A DNA stretch of 60,631 nt, the filler included, from Sphacelaria rigidula (lineage: Eukaryota): the NCBI GenBank assembly GCA_964200075.2. It is 8 parts of 8 records of this genome, joined end to end, with 100 filler letters (N's around TTAATTAATTAA, not from the genome) between each part and the next. Parts side by side here need not be neighbours in the genome. Positions count along the whole stretch, not along the records: positions 1 to 7,492 come from CAXNAA020014679.1; positions 7,593 to 15,084 come from CAXNAA020014680.1; 6 more parts are not named here. One strand, given 5' to 3'. The notes below the pieces were generated by a model. It was not told the origin of the DNA, searched no databases, and saw only the letters and a program-made list of their open reading frames with translations. Made by a program: the position numbers and the translations under genes. Positions 1 through 11,774 of the stretch are shown here, piece by piece; the stretch's first letter is position 1; each line of letters starts with the position of its first letter.

Positions 1-14
1 CGGCCATTTTTTTC

Positions 15-3000
15 GTGACACTTTTAGCTGGTTTTGGAGGGGGGGCTATCGTAGAAAGTGTCGAACGCCTGCGCGGAATATTGCATCGCCGCGTCAACGC
101 GTTTCATCTTGCGCTGCGGGGCTTCCCCCCTGCGCGCGTGGAGCTCACGACTGTTCAGCTGAACCCTGGGACGTCCACGGTGAAGGCAAAGCCGCGGCGG
201 TACGACCGGTGAAGTCGACCTGGTTGGCATCATGCATGGCGGCTCCTTTGGTGCTTGGGTTGGTAGTCTGGAACCTGCACGCGGTATGATCCAGTCCGGC
301 GATGGCGGTTCCCAAGAAAGAGTCGTTTCGCCTGGGAAGCGACTACAAGGTCGTAAGTGCGCAGGTTGAGAAGTCGCCGGGTGTGATGCCCAATCAAGAG
401 TCGTACATGCGTGATTTCTTGAGTGCTCGTTTTTTTGGCAAGTCGGACCTCCTCCAAAGATATTGGCAGATGCCGTTGGCGGAGGAGGCGCAGGAGATTT
501 TCACAATCACGACTTCGTTTGGCTTGTTTATCCCGAAGCGACTGCCGCAAGGCGTGTTGAATGCCACGGCATATTTTCAAGGTATCATGACAGAACTGCT
601 TGTCGGCTTGAAATGCAAGATATGGGTGGATGATGTGTTTTGTTTCGCGGACACGGAAGACGAACTTTTAAACACGCCTGATGCTATCTTGGCTCGTTCA
701 GAGAATGTCGGTTTGTTTGCGGCGGCGCACGAATGCACTTTCTTCGCTAGTGAAGTCATGTGGTGTGGGGAAGTGTACTCACACGGACGCGCATCTCATG
801 ACCCTGTCAGATTGCAAGGCTTGTCTGACATGCGGCGTCCGGAGACGGCCGCAGAACTCATGCAATTACTGCAGACCGTAAATTGACTGTGTATCTCGTT
901 GCCGCTTATGGCAGAAACCGTAGCTCCCTGGCGTTTTTTCCTTGAAGAACTTATGGCGGGTGCTGCGCGGCGGACGAAGCGTGTTGCGAAAAACCGCGCT
1001 TTTCCGCCTGCATCGAGGACGGAGACCAGGCCACAGGCGTGGGCGGAAGCGAATGGTCTGGTAGCTCACGCCGTGACGTTGTTCCATCCTCGTCCTGATC
1101 GTCAGGTGCTAATGTTTGTAGGCGCATCTGAGTGCCATTGGGGTAGTTTCGTTACGCAGGTACCTGAAGCGAAAATGCTAAGACGCCTGCCGGTTGAGGA
1201 TATGGCGCATGAGCCGCTGGCTTTCCTCCGTGGTAATTTCAAGGGTTCGCAGTTGCGTTGGGCCACAATTGAAAAGGAAGGTCTTGCTATCGTCAGCAAT
1301 TTCCGTCGTTTGAAGAATCTTTTGTGGGATGGCGTGCACATTTTCACGCATCATCGGAATCTCGTGTTTTTGTTCAACCCGGAAGCGTGCGTTACGTCTG
1401 TGTCGAAGGCATTGGCACAACGATTGGAGGGTTTGAAAACTGTCCTTGGCCAGTATCGTTACACGATTTTCAATGTTTCGGGTGACCGTAACGCGTGGGG
1501 TGCCTTGCTTTCGCGTTGGGTGAATATTCCGGCTTTGCCTGTGCGCGCTGTGGCCGTGTGAACCTGATGACTCGATGCCGTCGATTTCTGTTGTCCGCCA
1601 GGCGCAACGAAAAGACCTTAGGGCCGAAGATGAGGAAGTGTAATCTTTTGAGTCGGACGTTGGTACTGCCATGTTGGACAATAAAGGTCTGCTTCGTGTG
1701 CGTGTGCGTGGCAGAAACATTGTGTGGATTCCGAGTTCTGACAAGCAGTAGCAGGTACATCTGATGATTCGCGCGCACATGCGCGACGCCCGGTATCGTG
1801 GTGTGGCTGAGACGCTTGTGCGCTTGTAAGAGTTTGTGTCTGGCAGGGGATAGAAACTCATGTGCGCGAATTTGTCCGCCAGTGTCTTCGCTGTGCTGAC
1901 TCGAGGGCGGGCGGTGTTGTTTCCCGCCCGCTCGGCGAACGGTCCACGGGACCATGCCGAATGAAGTCGATCATTTTGACTTCTTGTACGTGGGCAAGAG
2001 TGGCTCGCTAGCTTCCCAAGATTTGTCGGAGGATGCTGGGTTTCGATACATTGTGGCAATCATGGATGATTTGAGCAAGGTCATGTCTCTGCCAGTAGCA
2101 GTGTGTACTGCTGAATCGACTGCTGCATCTTTGCTGAATTTGTGCAAAACGCTGGGGGTGCCGCGTGTGTGGATGAGTAATACCGCGACGCATTCCAAAA
2201 ATGCGATCTTGGCCCGATTGCGAGAGGCTTTGCGCGTTGATCACCAGTTTGCGGTGGCGTATTCTTCGTGGTCTAACGGCGCGTGCGAACGCATGGTCAA
2301 GGAAGTAGTTTGTGCTCTTCGCTCTATTCTTCTCGAGCAGCGTAGAGCGGTTTCCGAGTGGGTGGACGTGTTGCCTGCGGTGCAATGGGCGCTCAATACA
2401 GCGTATCGTCGTCGTTACGATAGTACGACGTACCACGTGATGTTTGGTCGTGTCCCTCGGACGTTTTCCTCGATGCTGGCGTCTTCGTCGGCGGGGGAAT
2501 GGAAGTGTGACGTTTTGGACGATGTTCAAATTAAGTGTGCATCACAAGGAGTCTTGGATTTGCAAGAACATTTCCACGTTCAAGCGCAGGAACGTGTTGC
2601 CACGGAACGTGCGCGTAGACGTGAGGGGTCCTCGTCGGGGCTGGAGCTGCCGAATTTTGAGGTAGGCGACTACGTCTGGTATGCACGCGTGGGTCGTCCG
2701 GGCGTTACGCCCAAGTTGATGGCGACGTGGACTGGTCCATGGAGCGTGGTTGGGGCTCACCACCCGCACGTGTTCGAGATTCAGAACATTGTTTCGGGTC
2801 GTGTTCAGACTGCCCATGTAGCTCGTTTGCGCTTTCATGCATATCCGCGGCTTAATGTCACGGCTGACGTCAAGGGCGTGTTTCAGCATGCTTTCAATCA
2901 GGGGCAAAATCAGATGGCAGGTACTGTCCGAGGGGCAGAAGCAGACGATCGTTCGCTGATCGTGTTGGTCGACTGGGATGGTTTCGAAGTTGAGGAGCGT

Positions 3001-3126
3001 ACGTGAAAGCCTTTCGAGGATATTTTTTACGCTACTCCAGACTTTCTTACGAAGGAGTTACGTAAATTGCGCGTGATTCGTGTCGTTGCGGCGCGCATTA
3101 CGAGTGAGTTTGGTATTCAGTTGTGA
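15..3126 (+). pseudogene. pol: Gypsy pol pseudogene (RT, RNase H, integrase, chromodomain)
   Basis: RT: DYKVV, DLLQRYWQMPL, LPQG, WVDD at 623-634. RNase H: ASECHWG, WATIEKEGLAI, HIFTHHRNL, NAWGALLSRW (899-1561). Integrase: DHFDFL, IMDDLSK, SNGACER, WTGPW (1954-3006). Chromodomain: VLVDWDGFEVEERT*KP, with TGA where TWEP is expected. Confidence 0.92.
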
Positions 3127-3200
3127 CTTACTCATCGTTTTGGCGTTTTCTATGTGTCAAGCTTGTTGATAGATTTTCGTCCAACTCGCTTTGGGGCTGC

Positions 3201-3482
3201 TGTGACGAAAATACGCCGTTACGTTGAGTTGGTAGTGATTATCTGGATAATGACTGGGGGTACGGGGATTCTGGAGGATTTTGGGAGGATTTCGGGAGGA
3301 TTCTGGATAATAATCGGGACACGGAGATGGTAACCTACGTGTCTAGAAGGTTGGTGCCTGGCAGGAGGGCATTTCATGATAATGAAATGTTGTGAAGGCT
3401 GACAACTGAAACTGAGGCTAGTGAGACTGGGGAGCCCCTCAACAGGAGTGATCCACCAGTTCTTCTTCTGGCTGGCGTCACA
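3201..3482 (+). repeat. 3' LTR, 282 bp
   Basis: Starts TGTGACG directly after the PPT-like tract and ends CGTCACA, a perfect 7-bp terminal inverted repeat with TG...CA ends. LINE sequence resumes immediately after. Confidence 0.85.
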
Positions 3483-4026
3483 GTACACACTAGGTAAGAG
3501 TATTCATGGTAGGAAAGACATCGGGCTAACCACGTACTGTTTCTTCCTGGATATGCAAAAAAGCTTATGATACCGTATGGAAAAAATGGGTTGTGGAAAA
3601 TGTTGTGGGAAGCCAGGATCAGAGGAAAGAGATGGAGAATGGTGAAGAGGATGACAGAATATGCCAGAAGTGCTATGATGGTAGACGGGGAAATATCGGA
3701 ATGTTTCTATACCTACAAGGAGTTGCAGAAGAATATACGTTATCACCCACTCTATTAAAGGCATTTATTAATGACCTGAAAACAGCAACAGAGCAGCAAA
3801 GCAAGGGGCCAAGGTGGGTGAAGATATGGTATCAGGATTGATATTCGCGGATGATTTTGTCGGGACTCCAGGAACCGCGGAAGGATTACAGAAACAGATA
3901 GACAAGGCGCTAGAGCACACTAGGATAATGGAGAGCGGCAGAGAACGTTAACAAATGCGCGGTACTCATCTGTAAGGTAGAAAAGAAAAATCTGGGAAAG
4001 CAAATGGAAGTGGGGAGAGAGGAACG
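3483..4026 (+). mobile_element. LINE (APE-RT, RTE/RTEX-like) reverse transcriptase fragment, decayed
   Basis: Conceptual translation across frameshifts: YTLGK..TTYCFFLDMQKAYDTVW..GIRGKRWR..LQGVAEEYTLSPTL..INDL..GLIFADDFVG..EGLQKQID. Confidence 0.9.
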
Positions 4027-4315
4027 TCCGTGTACGGCACTCTTCAGCGGCAGCGAACTGATGCCGTGCCCACACACACAGACACTCACACACACACACA
4101 TATATATATATATATTCGGTTTTGTACAGCGAAGAATGTTTAGCTTCGGCTCAAGAATTCTGGGCCATCGTTTTCAGTCATTCAAGGCATTGATCACGTC
4201 ATCCGGGTCATCGTTTTCAGTCATCCATGGTGATTTTCCCTGTGCACTTCGCATCTTTTCCCACGCTTCAAAACGCGCCTTACGATTGATTGATTGATTG
4301 TCGCACTTTAACTGA

Positions 4316-4397
4316 CCCAGGAACGGTGCTCCGTCTCAAAAGGGATGCGTGGTCAATGGTCACACGACTAAGGCAGGCAACAAATGAGTACGCCCCT
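4316..4397 (+). repeat. Copy of recurrent C-tailed 3' module (GTGCTCC..AGGGATGCG..GGTCAATGGT..GAGTAC-Cn)
   Basis: Aligns by eye with 8462-8533 (-), 22777-22841, 30010-30080, 30085-30188 and 37697-37809. Confidence 0.75.
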
Positions 4398-4949
4398 GCC
4401 AACGGCACCCCCCCGGCAACCTACTATAGTTGGAAACGCANNNNNNNNNNAACAGTGGGGGCCCGGGATGGGGGTCAAGGGGGGGCCCTTCCCAATCGGG
4501 GAAAAAAAAGGGACCCCCCCCCCCCCCCCCCCCAGGGGTCCAGCCGTGGTCTCACTATAATAGGTCTTGTAAGTGGTACCCCCAACACCCCCCAGCACCA
4601 GCGCCTGAACCAAGCGCGCTACTTCCTCCCAGCTCTGCCCATCGGTTTCTCCCGTTCCTGCTTCAAGGGGGGGGAGAGGGGAGGGGAGTGGGGGTGATGG
4701 AGGGGGGTGGCATGATGTCCTACCTAGTGACCCCAAGACCGCCTCTGTCGCATGCGGGGTAACACTCATTTCTACATGAACTGTAGGTAAGCTGAATAGA
4801 CGTATGTACTTTAATACCTGCATTGTGGTCGTTTTTTGATGTTGATACTTCTTGTTTTGTTTGGTCGACTATTACATCGTCAACTGGGTTCCATCATGCG
4901 CGACCACAGCGTTCTGTCGTGTGGGACTGTGATATTCTTGTTTTTTAGG

Positions 4950-5941
4950 GTGGTGTGGAAGATACTCTCTCCTCGTCGTGGTCCGATGGCGTGTTCTGAT
5001 CAGTTACTGCCGTTGGTGTGCTCCCTTACTCGTCTGTCTAGCTCCGCCCGTAGCCAGCGTGAAATTCCATCAGCTGGTACGTTTTGGTTCTCAGCCGGTA
5101 CGTTTTGGTTCTCAGCTGGTACGTTTTGGTTCTCTTGAATGTGTTTTGCCTCGGGGCTCCACCCCCCGGTAACTTCCAGCCTCCCGAGGGTTCTCATGAG
5201 TAACCCTGCACGAATATCGTTTGCGCCCCCGCACCGGCTGATCCGCGTGACTGCCGCTACGCTGTCCCGCGCATTAAGATTGGGTCGCCTGATTTTCTGG
5301 GTTGTCGTGACCGATTCGGGCATGGCCCAGGCGGTGACTACCATCCCCAGGGGTTCCAGGAGGTCAGTGGTGATCGTGCATGTTTCGTGAAGTTGAGCTT
5401 TTCTTTTGAGTTCTGCGGTAAGGACCGGTGGTGGGTTTTATTTCTAGTATGTTCTTTTTTGGGGGCAGTAGCGGCCTACGGCTTCGAAGCTTGCGTCCGA
5501 GAGGTAGTGTCGGTGGGCGGGTCGCTTTACAACGGAGTAGCAGGGTGCGCTCAGGGATTCACCATGCTACAGGAGCTTGGCCTCAATTGCCCACTTCCAA
5601 AAATTCGGGTCGGCGTGAAATTCTTGGCCTATCTCTACTTTACGGCTCTGGTTGACTCTCGCTCTGGAATCGTGGAGCCCTGCAAGTCGCAGAGTCCTCC
5701 AGACGAAATACTTTCCTGGTCGCATTGCGTATGTGAGGTTCCACAGCTTTCCTGCCAGGCTCGAGTTTTCTCTGGCAGTTGCTGAACGTCGAGTGGGGGG
5801 GCACTCGGTCAGCAACGCTTGTCCGAGCGCCTCAACCTCCTCGCGTGATACGGAAACCCGCATAGTGTGGGAGTTAACGGTCAGGCCCAACGCCTCTATC
5901 TCAGTATTCCAATCTGTACTATCTTGGGGGGAGAGTGTCAC
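4950..5941 (-). pseudogene. Decayed RT/RNase H fragment of a YR (DIRS/Ngaro-like) retrotransposon
   Basis: TDWNTEIEALG..SLAGKL..GKYFVWR..EFHADPNFWKWAI..HYLSDAS..SRCGGANDIRAGLLMRTLG..ADGISRW is collinear with ORF 49474-51705 (TDWDTVMEVLG..SLAGKL..GKFFVWR..EFHADLNWWKWAI..HWVSDAT..NRCGGATDTRAAALMRILG..ADGISRW). Confidence 0.88.
5071..5133. repeat. 21-bp tandem repeat x3 (CAGCTGGTACGTTTTGGTTCT)
   Basis: Three contiguous copies with one mismatch and no spacers. Confidence 0.95.
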
Positions 5942-6759
5942 CTAGGTAAGGGGGGCGTTGCCAGACCTCAAATCGGCGCCCCAGGCCCCGATTTCGACAA
6001 AAGCGCGTTCTGCCCAAGCTAGAAGCATTGGAGCACATTTCCGTTAAAGATCCGGATGTGGCGGTCTACACTAAGATCAAGTCGAAATAACTCAGAGCTC
6101 ACCCTCCCAAGTGGTAAACTTTACTACAACGCAGAGACGATCATGTGTGACGCTCAGCGGGTAGGTGAACAGCACGCACATAGTTCACATGAACATAGCT
6201 ACACACATAGAAAACATGCATCGGGGGCAGGATATACTTATAACCTTGTTTGTTGTTGTTGTTGTTGTTTTCTTCACATTAAAGACCGTTCCGATATCTG
6301 CGCAGTGCAGTCGTACTCATCTGATGCGGACGCCTTCCGCGGTAGCAGAAAAAAATAGGCCCAGATTAGAACTCACAAAGCGCGATACGAGCAAAAGTAG
6401 GGATACATAATAAAGAAGAAAGAGAGTACATGTGGCTGACCTCAGAAGATACGGGCGGCAGGTGGCCATTCGGACTTCAGGGGGTGGCGCCCAGCTTTCG
6501 AACTCGACGCGCGACGCCAAGTAGAAATAAACACAGGGTCCGACTACGGGTGAGACTAAAGGCCCAAAATACCACCAAACAAAGAACTAAGAATCGCAAC
6601 GTTTCATCATTCGGCCTCTCGAGGGACAGCCATACGTACAAGAATACGAGATGTATCATGACAAGCACTGCATGACATAACGACACCCCTCATCGGGGGG
6701 GGGGTCATCCCCCAACCCCCCCTTCTCTGGACCGTCGTCATTGCTGTGCTGTTTGGGCT

Positions 6760-6900
6760 TCGTTGGTCTCCCGTCTAATCGCACGCAGTCGACTGGCCTC
6801 CTCTTCATTCCTATGCCATGAGTTCAGGAACCACTCCGCTCCCTGCAGCACTCCCGCGTGCCACGGCAGCCCCCCTCCTTACTTGCTGCTGAGGTCCATA
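6760..6900 (-). mobile_element. Possible C-terminal fragment of an RTE-like LINE ORF
   Basis: Minus strand reads GLPWHAGVLQGAEWFLNSWHRNEEEASRLRAIR, which resembles RTE ORF2 C-termini. Recognition is from memory only. Confidence 0.4.
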
Positions 6901-7492
6901 GGGCGCGGTCAATTCCGAATGTCTGGCGGTTGTCGTCCGTACGAGCTGAGCCAGCCTAAAACGGATTTAAGCTCTAAAAGCAATATCTCATCGACACAGA
7001 CGAGTTGAGCCGTGATCCGCATATTATTATCGTATTAATCGTCTAATCAAGGGGAAGGTGCCCATCTGCTCAAAAGTTTGGGCCCGTATTTTCTCGTTGA
7101 TTAAATTCCATGTTGTCTAGTAATTCCTATACCTAAGGGATATAGCGCCTATACTACAATCTCTATGAAACTCCCGATCAATACACTTAGCGGGTGGCGC
7201 AGGAGGGCACAAAAATAATAGTCCTGGACCCACACTCCCGTTTTTTTATTTTCGACCTTCTGAGGGGGGGCGGGGGTTCGCCCATACTATTTTCTGTATA
7301 TATATCAAGTCAACACTCCTTCCTATACACACCAAGTACACTAACTCTAACCTGGCGTTGAATAGGATACGGAATCATTGATCACAGTCCAACACAGCAA
7401 GATGAAAGAAGAGCAGCAGATGATGATGTTTGCTGCCCCGGTCCAGATGGGTATCGAGAAATACTTTGCTTCGCATGTCGAACTGGCGGTTC

Positions 7493-7592
7493 NNNNNNNN
7501 NNNNNNNNNNNNNNNNNNNNNNNNNNNNNNNNNNNNTTAATTAATTAANNNNNNNNNNNNNNNNNNNNNNNNNNNNNNNNNNNNNNNNNNNN
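7493..7592. other. Artificial contig linker N44-TTAATTAATTAA-N44 (also 15085-15184, 22677-22776, 30268-30367, 37859-37958, 45450-45549, 53041-53140)
   Basis: The same 100-bp spacer with stops in all six frames separates blocks of 7491-7492 bp. Confidence 0.98.
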
Positions 7593-8461
7593 AATAAAGG
7601 CCGACACAAAGTGCAGGGGAAATGTTGGCCAGGCTTGGGGCAGCGGAGGTCTACTTGGGAGCAATAGTGGAGTAGCAACCCATGGTTGACCGTATACGGA
7701 GTGGGAAAAGTGATGTACGTGACATCATCCAGATGTGTGGGTGAGACTTTGTGTTAATGCAAGCCGTCCTTGAACCTTACACGGTGATAATGACCTTTCT
7801 CGAGGAAAGTGACAAATACAGCAGAGGGGCGAAACAACGGAAGATACATTCGCGGGACGCCTGGATGGTTCACCTTGCTGATCGCCTGGCACAAACGTAG
7901 GGTACTTGTGCCAACGGTGTTGCACTGGGCTTCAGGCTTCGAGCATGTGTTGAAGACATTATTTAGTGTCGATAAGCCAGCGAAAGCATAGAAATATACC
8001 AGACCCTCAACAAGCACTAGCACTGGGATGTCCCAGTACCTTGACTGCGTCCTACTGCAATACTCAGAATAAACAAGCTGGAGATACTCTCGGAAAAGAG
8101 ATAGAGGGAGAGAGACGATAAAAAATAATGGACGGGGGAAAATAGAGTGGACGGGAAAAGTAGTAGTAGCGCTGACATTTTGAGTCCCTCGCGACAAAAC
8201 GGGAATAGAGTTCAAGAGGAAATACGATGTAGTAGAGCTATACTGTTTGTCAATAGCAAAAGTAGAGAGGAAGGAAGAACCCTTCCGAATCAAGCTGACA
8301 CAACAGGCAACCAGTGGAAGAGGATCGGGACAAGTAAAGTGCCGGTTTAATGGGTAGGACGGAGAGTATGTATTGCCAATGGTACAACGAATCTAAGACG
8401 TAGCCCTGGGGTCAACGGGGAAAATGGCAAGCAGGAAGAAGTAAATACCCGGAGGAAGATG

Positions 8462-8533
8462 AGGGGGGGGGGGCGTACTCATTTGTTGTCAAATTGACCG
8501 CACATCCTTTTCGAGACGGAGCACCCTTCCTAC
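8462..8533 (-). repeat. C-tailed 3' module, internally deleted copy
   Basis: Reverse complement reads GGTGCTCCGTCTCGAAAAGGATGTGCGGTCAAT..ACAACAAATGAGTACGCCCCC, matching 4326-4396. Confidence 0.8.
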
Positions 8534-8549
8534 TCTCAAGGGATACACC

Positions 8550-9400
8550 TTCAACATTTCGGTGCTGATTATGTTTCTCCCGTGCATGACACAGAATAAC
8601 CTTTCACACATCTCATCCTCTTCGTGTTTCGCCGTTTGTGACCACCATCTATCTCCTAGTATAGCCGTCGTTTTCTCGCTACTGGCTAGTGCATCAAACG
8701 GTTACATGCCACCTTTGCTACTTCCGGCATTTTCTCCTTCAACACGTCCCGTTCTCTCTTGTATGACTCACATTCTGCCACTATATGGGTTCTACCCCCC
8801 ATTGCTTTGCCACAGGGACCATTCTGTGCCTCTACTTCCTACTCCACTCGACTACTAGTGTATCGTTTTCTTCTTTCTGGCAGGTCCAGGCCTCCCACCC
8901 GAAATCGCAGTTTCATTTTTTTCGCCGCGTCCATTGGGCCATGCAGATGCGTTTTCATCCTCATCCACCCCCTCCACCCTCCGTATATCTTCAGGTGCTC
9001 CTCGTCGTCCACTTTCCGTCTTAGCGTCTGTTTTCCCCTTGTTCCTATCATGCCTCTTACTTTGTCTCGTACCCCCGGTCTTCACCTATGGGCATTATCT
9101 CGTGTTGGTTTCCTCCCATCTACTTCCGTCCTTTCTCGACTACACTACTTCACCTTTTCCCACCCTGCCCTTCCGTCATTTTCTTCCATATACAGCTCAA
9201 CCAACTATGGCTGACAATCTCTTGTCTCGACACGCTCTTCAAGCCATATTGCCATCGCAATTTTCTCATGGCTCTATTCGTTTCCAGTGGGTACATTTGC
9301 CAATTCTGATCTTGATGCTGTACTACTCGTCGTTTCTGAGCATCAAAATATTTTCTTACCTGCTTTCATGTGTACTGTTTCCAGCTTCTTCACCAAGTTG
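8550..9400 (-). mobile_element. Highly decayed LINE fragment (end of APE domain and linker)
   Basis: Purine-rich on the minus strand. The reverse complement of 9060-9130 resembles the DVGTTDHCLVW-coding segment at 10300-10350. Confidence 0.5.
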
Positions 9401-9409
9401 GCGTCGCGG

Positions 9410-10830
9410 AAGGGAAAAGGGGGCGGGGGGAGGGAGAGGGGGGAAGATAGCGGCCCAAAGCAACCAGACAAAGACCAAACCGGAAACGGAAGACAAAGAT
9501 CAAGCAAGGGAGAACGGCAGCACAAGCGACGGAGAGAGAATAATAGACTACAGGAAAGTGGGTAGTGATTCGAAAAAGAAGTTGAGAATAGGATCGTGGA
9601 ACGTGCGCGGATCGGTCATGGACAACCGCAAAAGAAGAGAGATAGTCGAACAAGCAAGTAAACGCGACCTATACGTAGTAGCAACCCGAGGTTCATGGGA
9701 GAATATGTTGTAGAGAAAGGATGCAAAGTTGGAGAGTACGCATGGATTGGGGAAGAGAGGAGGGGAAAGGAACGCGAGGATAGACGAGCGGGGGGAGCAG
9801 GATTCTTGATAAAGAAATACCTGGGTGACGTCATAGAAGTGGTCGAAGACGCACAATTCGACGGTAGAATATAGATAAGGGCACTGGGAGAGCGGGGAAG
9901 GGAGAATGTTTTCATAGGTATCATCTGTACGCCCCCAAGGTCGAAGAGTGCGGTATAATATGGGCAGAAAAGGTCCGGAGAGATAGCAGCAGATGTACAA
10001 AAGCAAAAAAGGCAAAGGGAGGTAATGTCAGTGGGAGGTTTTAGTGCAAGGGTTGGAAAAGCAAGTCAACCTAATGAAAACATTGTGTGCAACATGAGGG
10101 AACGAAGAAAATGCCAATGGAGGAGAGATATCGAAGCTCCTTGAGCACGACAACATGAAGACATCAAACGATAGAGTACAAAAGTCATATCATCAATGGA
10201 CATGGACTAGATAAAGCAAACACATGAGGGAGAGATTCATTGTTGACCATGTAGTGGTGGAATATGGAAATGGTAATGAAACGAAAGCACATGTATGCGC
10301 ATCAGATGTAGGAACTACGGATCATTGCCTAGTATGGACAGACGGTCAAGAGACGAAGCTAAGGAATACAGGCGGCGTAGGAAGTTGGACATATAGAAAG
10401 TAGACACAGAAGAAAAGCCGCGAGAGTTCCAAGAAGAGTTGACCAAAAATGCAGTGTGGAATTTACCAAGTTGTTGAGGAGCGTAGGTACATCTACTACC
10501 GAGATAGAAAGGGATCTTGCAGGAGCGAAGATTACGGGGGACGATTACAGAGGGATAGGAGCTCTTGATCAACACCACAGCAAATAGAGTCACAAGAAAA
10601 AAACTGATCACATGCAACAGGACAGGAGAATGGTGGGACGGCGAGGCAGAAGAGACTATAAGAATAAGGAAAGAGGCCTACGCACAGTATATATATATCG
10701 AGCAAAACTACACTAGCGTGGGAAAAGTATGCTGAAGATAGAAACGAGGGGGAAAAGAGTGGTCGAGAAGTAAAAGAAGGGAAGATGGGAAGATATAATT
10801 GAGTGGTGCTGCAGTAGGGGCGTAAAAATA
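9410..10830 (+). mobile_element. LINE 5' part with APE endonuclease, decayed
   Basis: KLRIGSWNVRG (9580-9611), GEYAWIG, GGAGFLIKKYL, VGGFSARVG (GDFNARVG-like), DVGTTDHCLVW. Interrupted by stops and frameshifts. Confidence 0.9.
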
Positions 10831-11774
10831 CTCTCAAGGTTCGCCGTATTAGGAGCCCTTTCTCTCATCCCATAGAAAAACTATGTAATGTATACGAGCA
10901 CGCCACGATTAGGCCTCCAATGGACTAGGGATATCTCGAATGAATTTGAAAATGGGATAGTCCTCAGCCATATATATTGTTTTGTAGCTCTCAATAATGG
11001 GAGTCCCTGAATGAGAAAGATCTGGGCCGCGATATGCAACTCCTGTAATGGCATGACTTAGTTGATGAAATAAATGAACATTTCGATGGCGGTATTAAGC
11101 AAATGTGGATAGGGATGGAAGGGATACCGGGCAAAAAGGCGGGAGAGGCGGACAAGGGAGTAGCCACACTGGAGCACGGAACGCTGAAGTGGTCAGTAAT
11201 TCGAAGGCAAAGCGATAAATACACCTTGCACGTATAGGTATCCCAGTTTAGAGTCCCACTTGTCATAAGATCGCCGAAAAAAGGCGGTGGGGGAGGGGAT
11301 TGGCACCTGGCGGTAGACGGTAGACGGATGTTGTTGGCTTTCATTTTTTGTGGATGTGCATGTCGTATCAACTACTTGGTGATAGTGTTGAGTGCAGTCA
11401 TGACTGGCGTGCAAGGTCCAAAATTGAAGTTGCACGCACCTTGCAGGTAGGTATCCCAGTTAGGGGTCCCACTTGTTACAAGAACGAGATCAACGAACGC
11501 TACTACAGCCACAATGTAATTATCGAGTAAAATAAACGTCCCTATTACGGAACAGTACCAATTATGGCACCGTTTTTGTCAATCGTCAATGAGTCCGCGA
11601 AATATTCATCGTTTCCCATGAGGTTTCTTGTTGCGTGTGCACAAGAGCACGGCGCTTCTTTTGAGCTACTGCACGTGCCCACAGCATCAGAAACCACCAT
11701 CATCCCACAGCACTGCGAATACTTTCTTCAAAAACAGCATTTTAATCGATCGGCTGCTGAGCATACAGAGAGCA

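Larger units (their letters stand above)
1..3482 (+). mobile_element. Ty3/Gypsy LTR retrotransposon with chromodomain (chromovirus-like), decayed, 5' part off-contig
   Basis: Domain order RT, RNase H, integrase, chromodomain, then a degenerate PPT (TTTGGGGCTGC, 3190-3200) and a 3' LTR. Many stops and frameshifts. Confidence 0.93.

Noticed and set aside
1178-2059. 293-aa minus-strand ORF
   Set aside because: Antisense shadow of the Gypsy pol with no recognisable motifs.
4441-4760. G/C-homopolymer-rich segment as a G-quadruplex or coding feature
   Set aside because: It follows an N gap and looks like low-quality sequence with inflated homopolymers.
5071-5133. CRISPR-like array
   Set aside because: Contiguous repeats without spacers, inside a retroelement relic in eukaryotic DNA, with no cas genes.
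7537-7548. TTAATTAATTAA recurring every ~7.6 kb as a biological periodic motif
   Set aside because: Always centred in N runs. It is an artificial six-frame stop linker.
8934-9713. 259-aa membrane-protein-like ORF
   Set aside because: Chance fusion of a pyrimidine-rich antisense LINE relic with the start of the APE domain.
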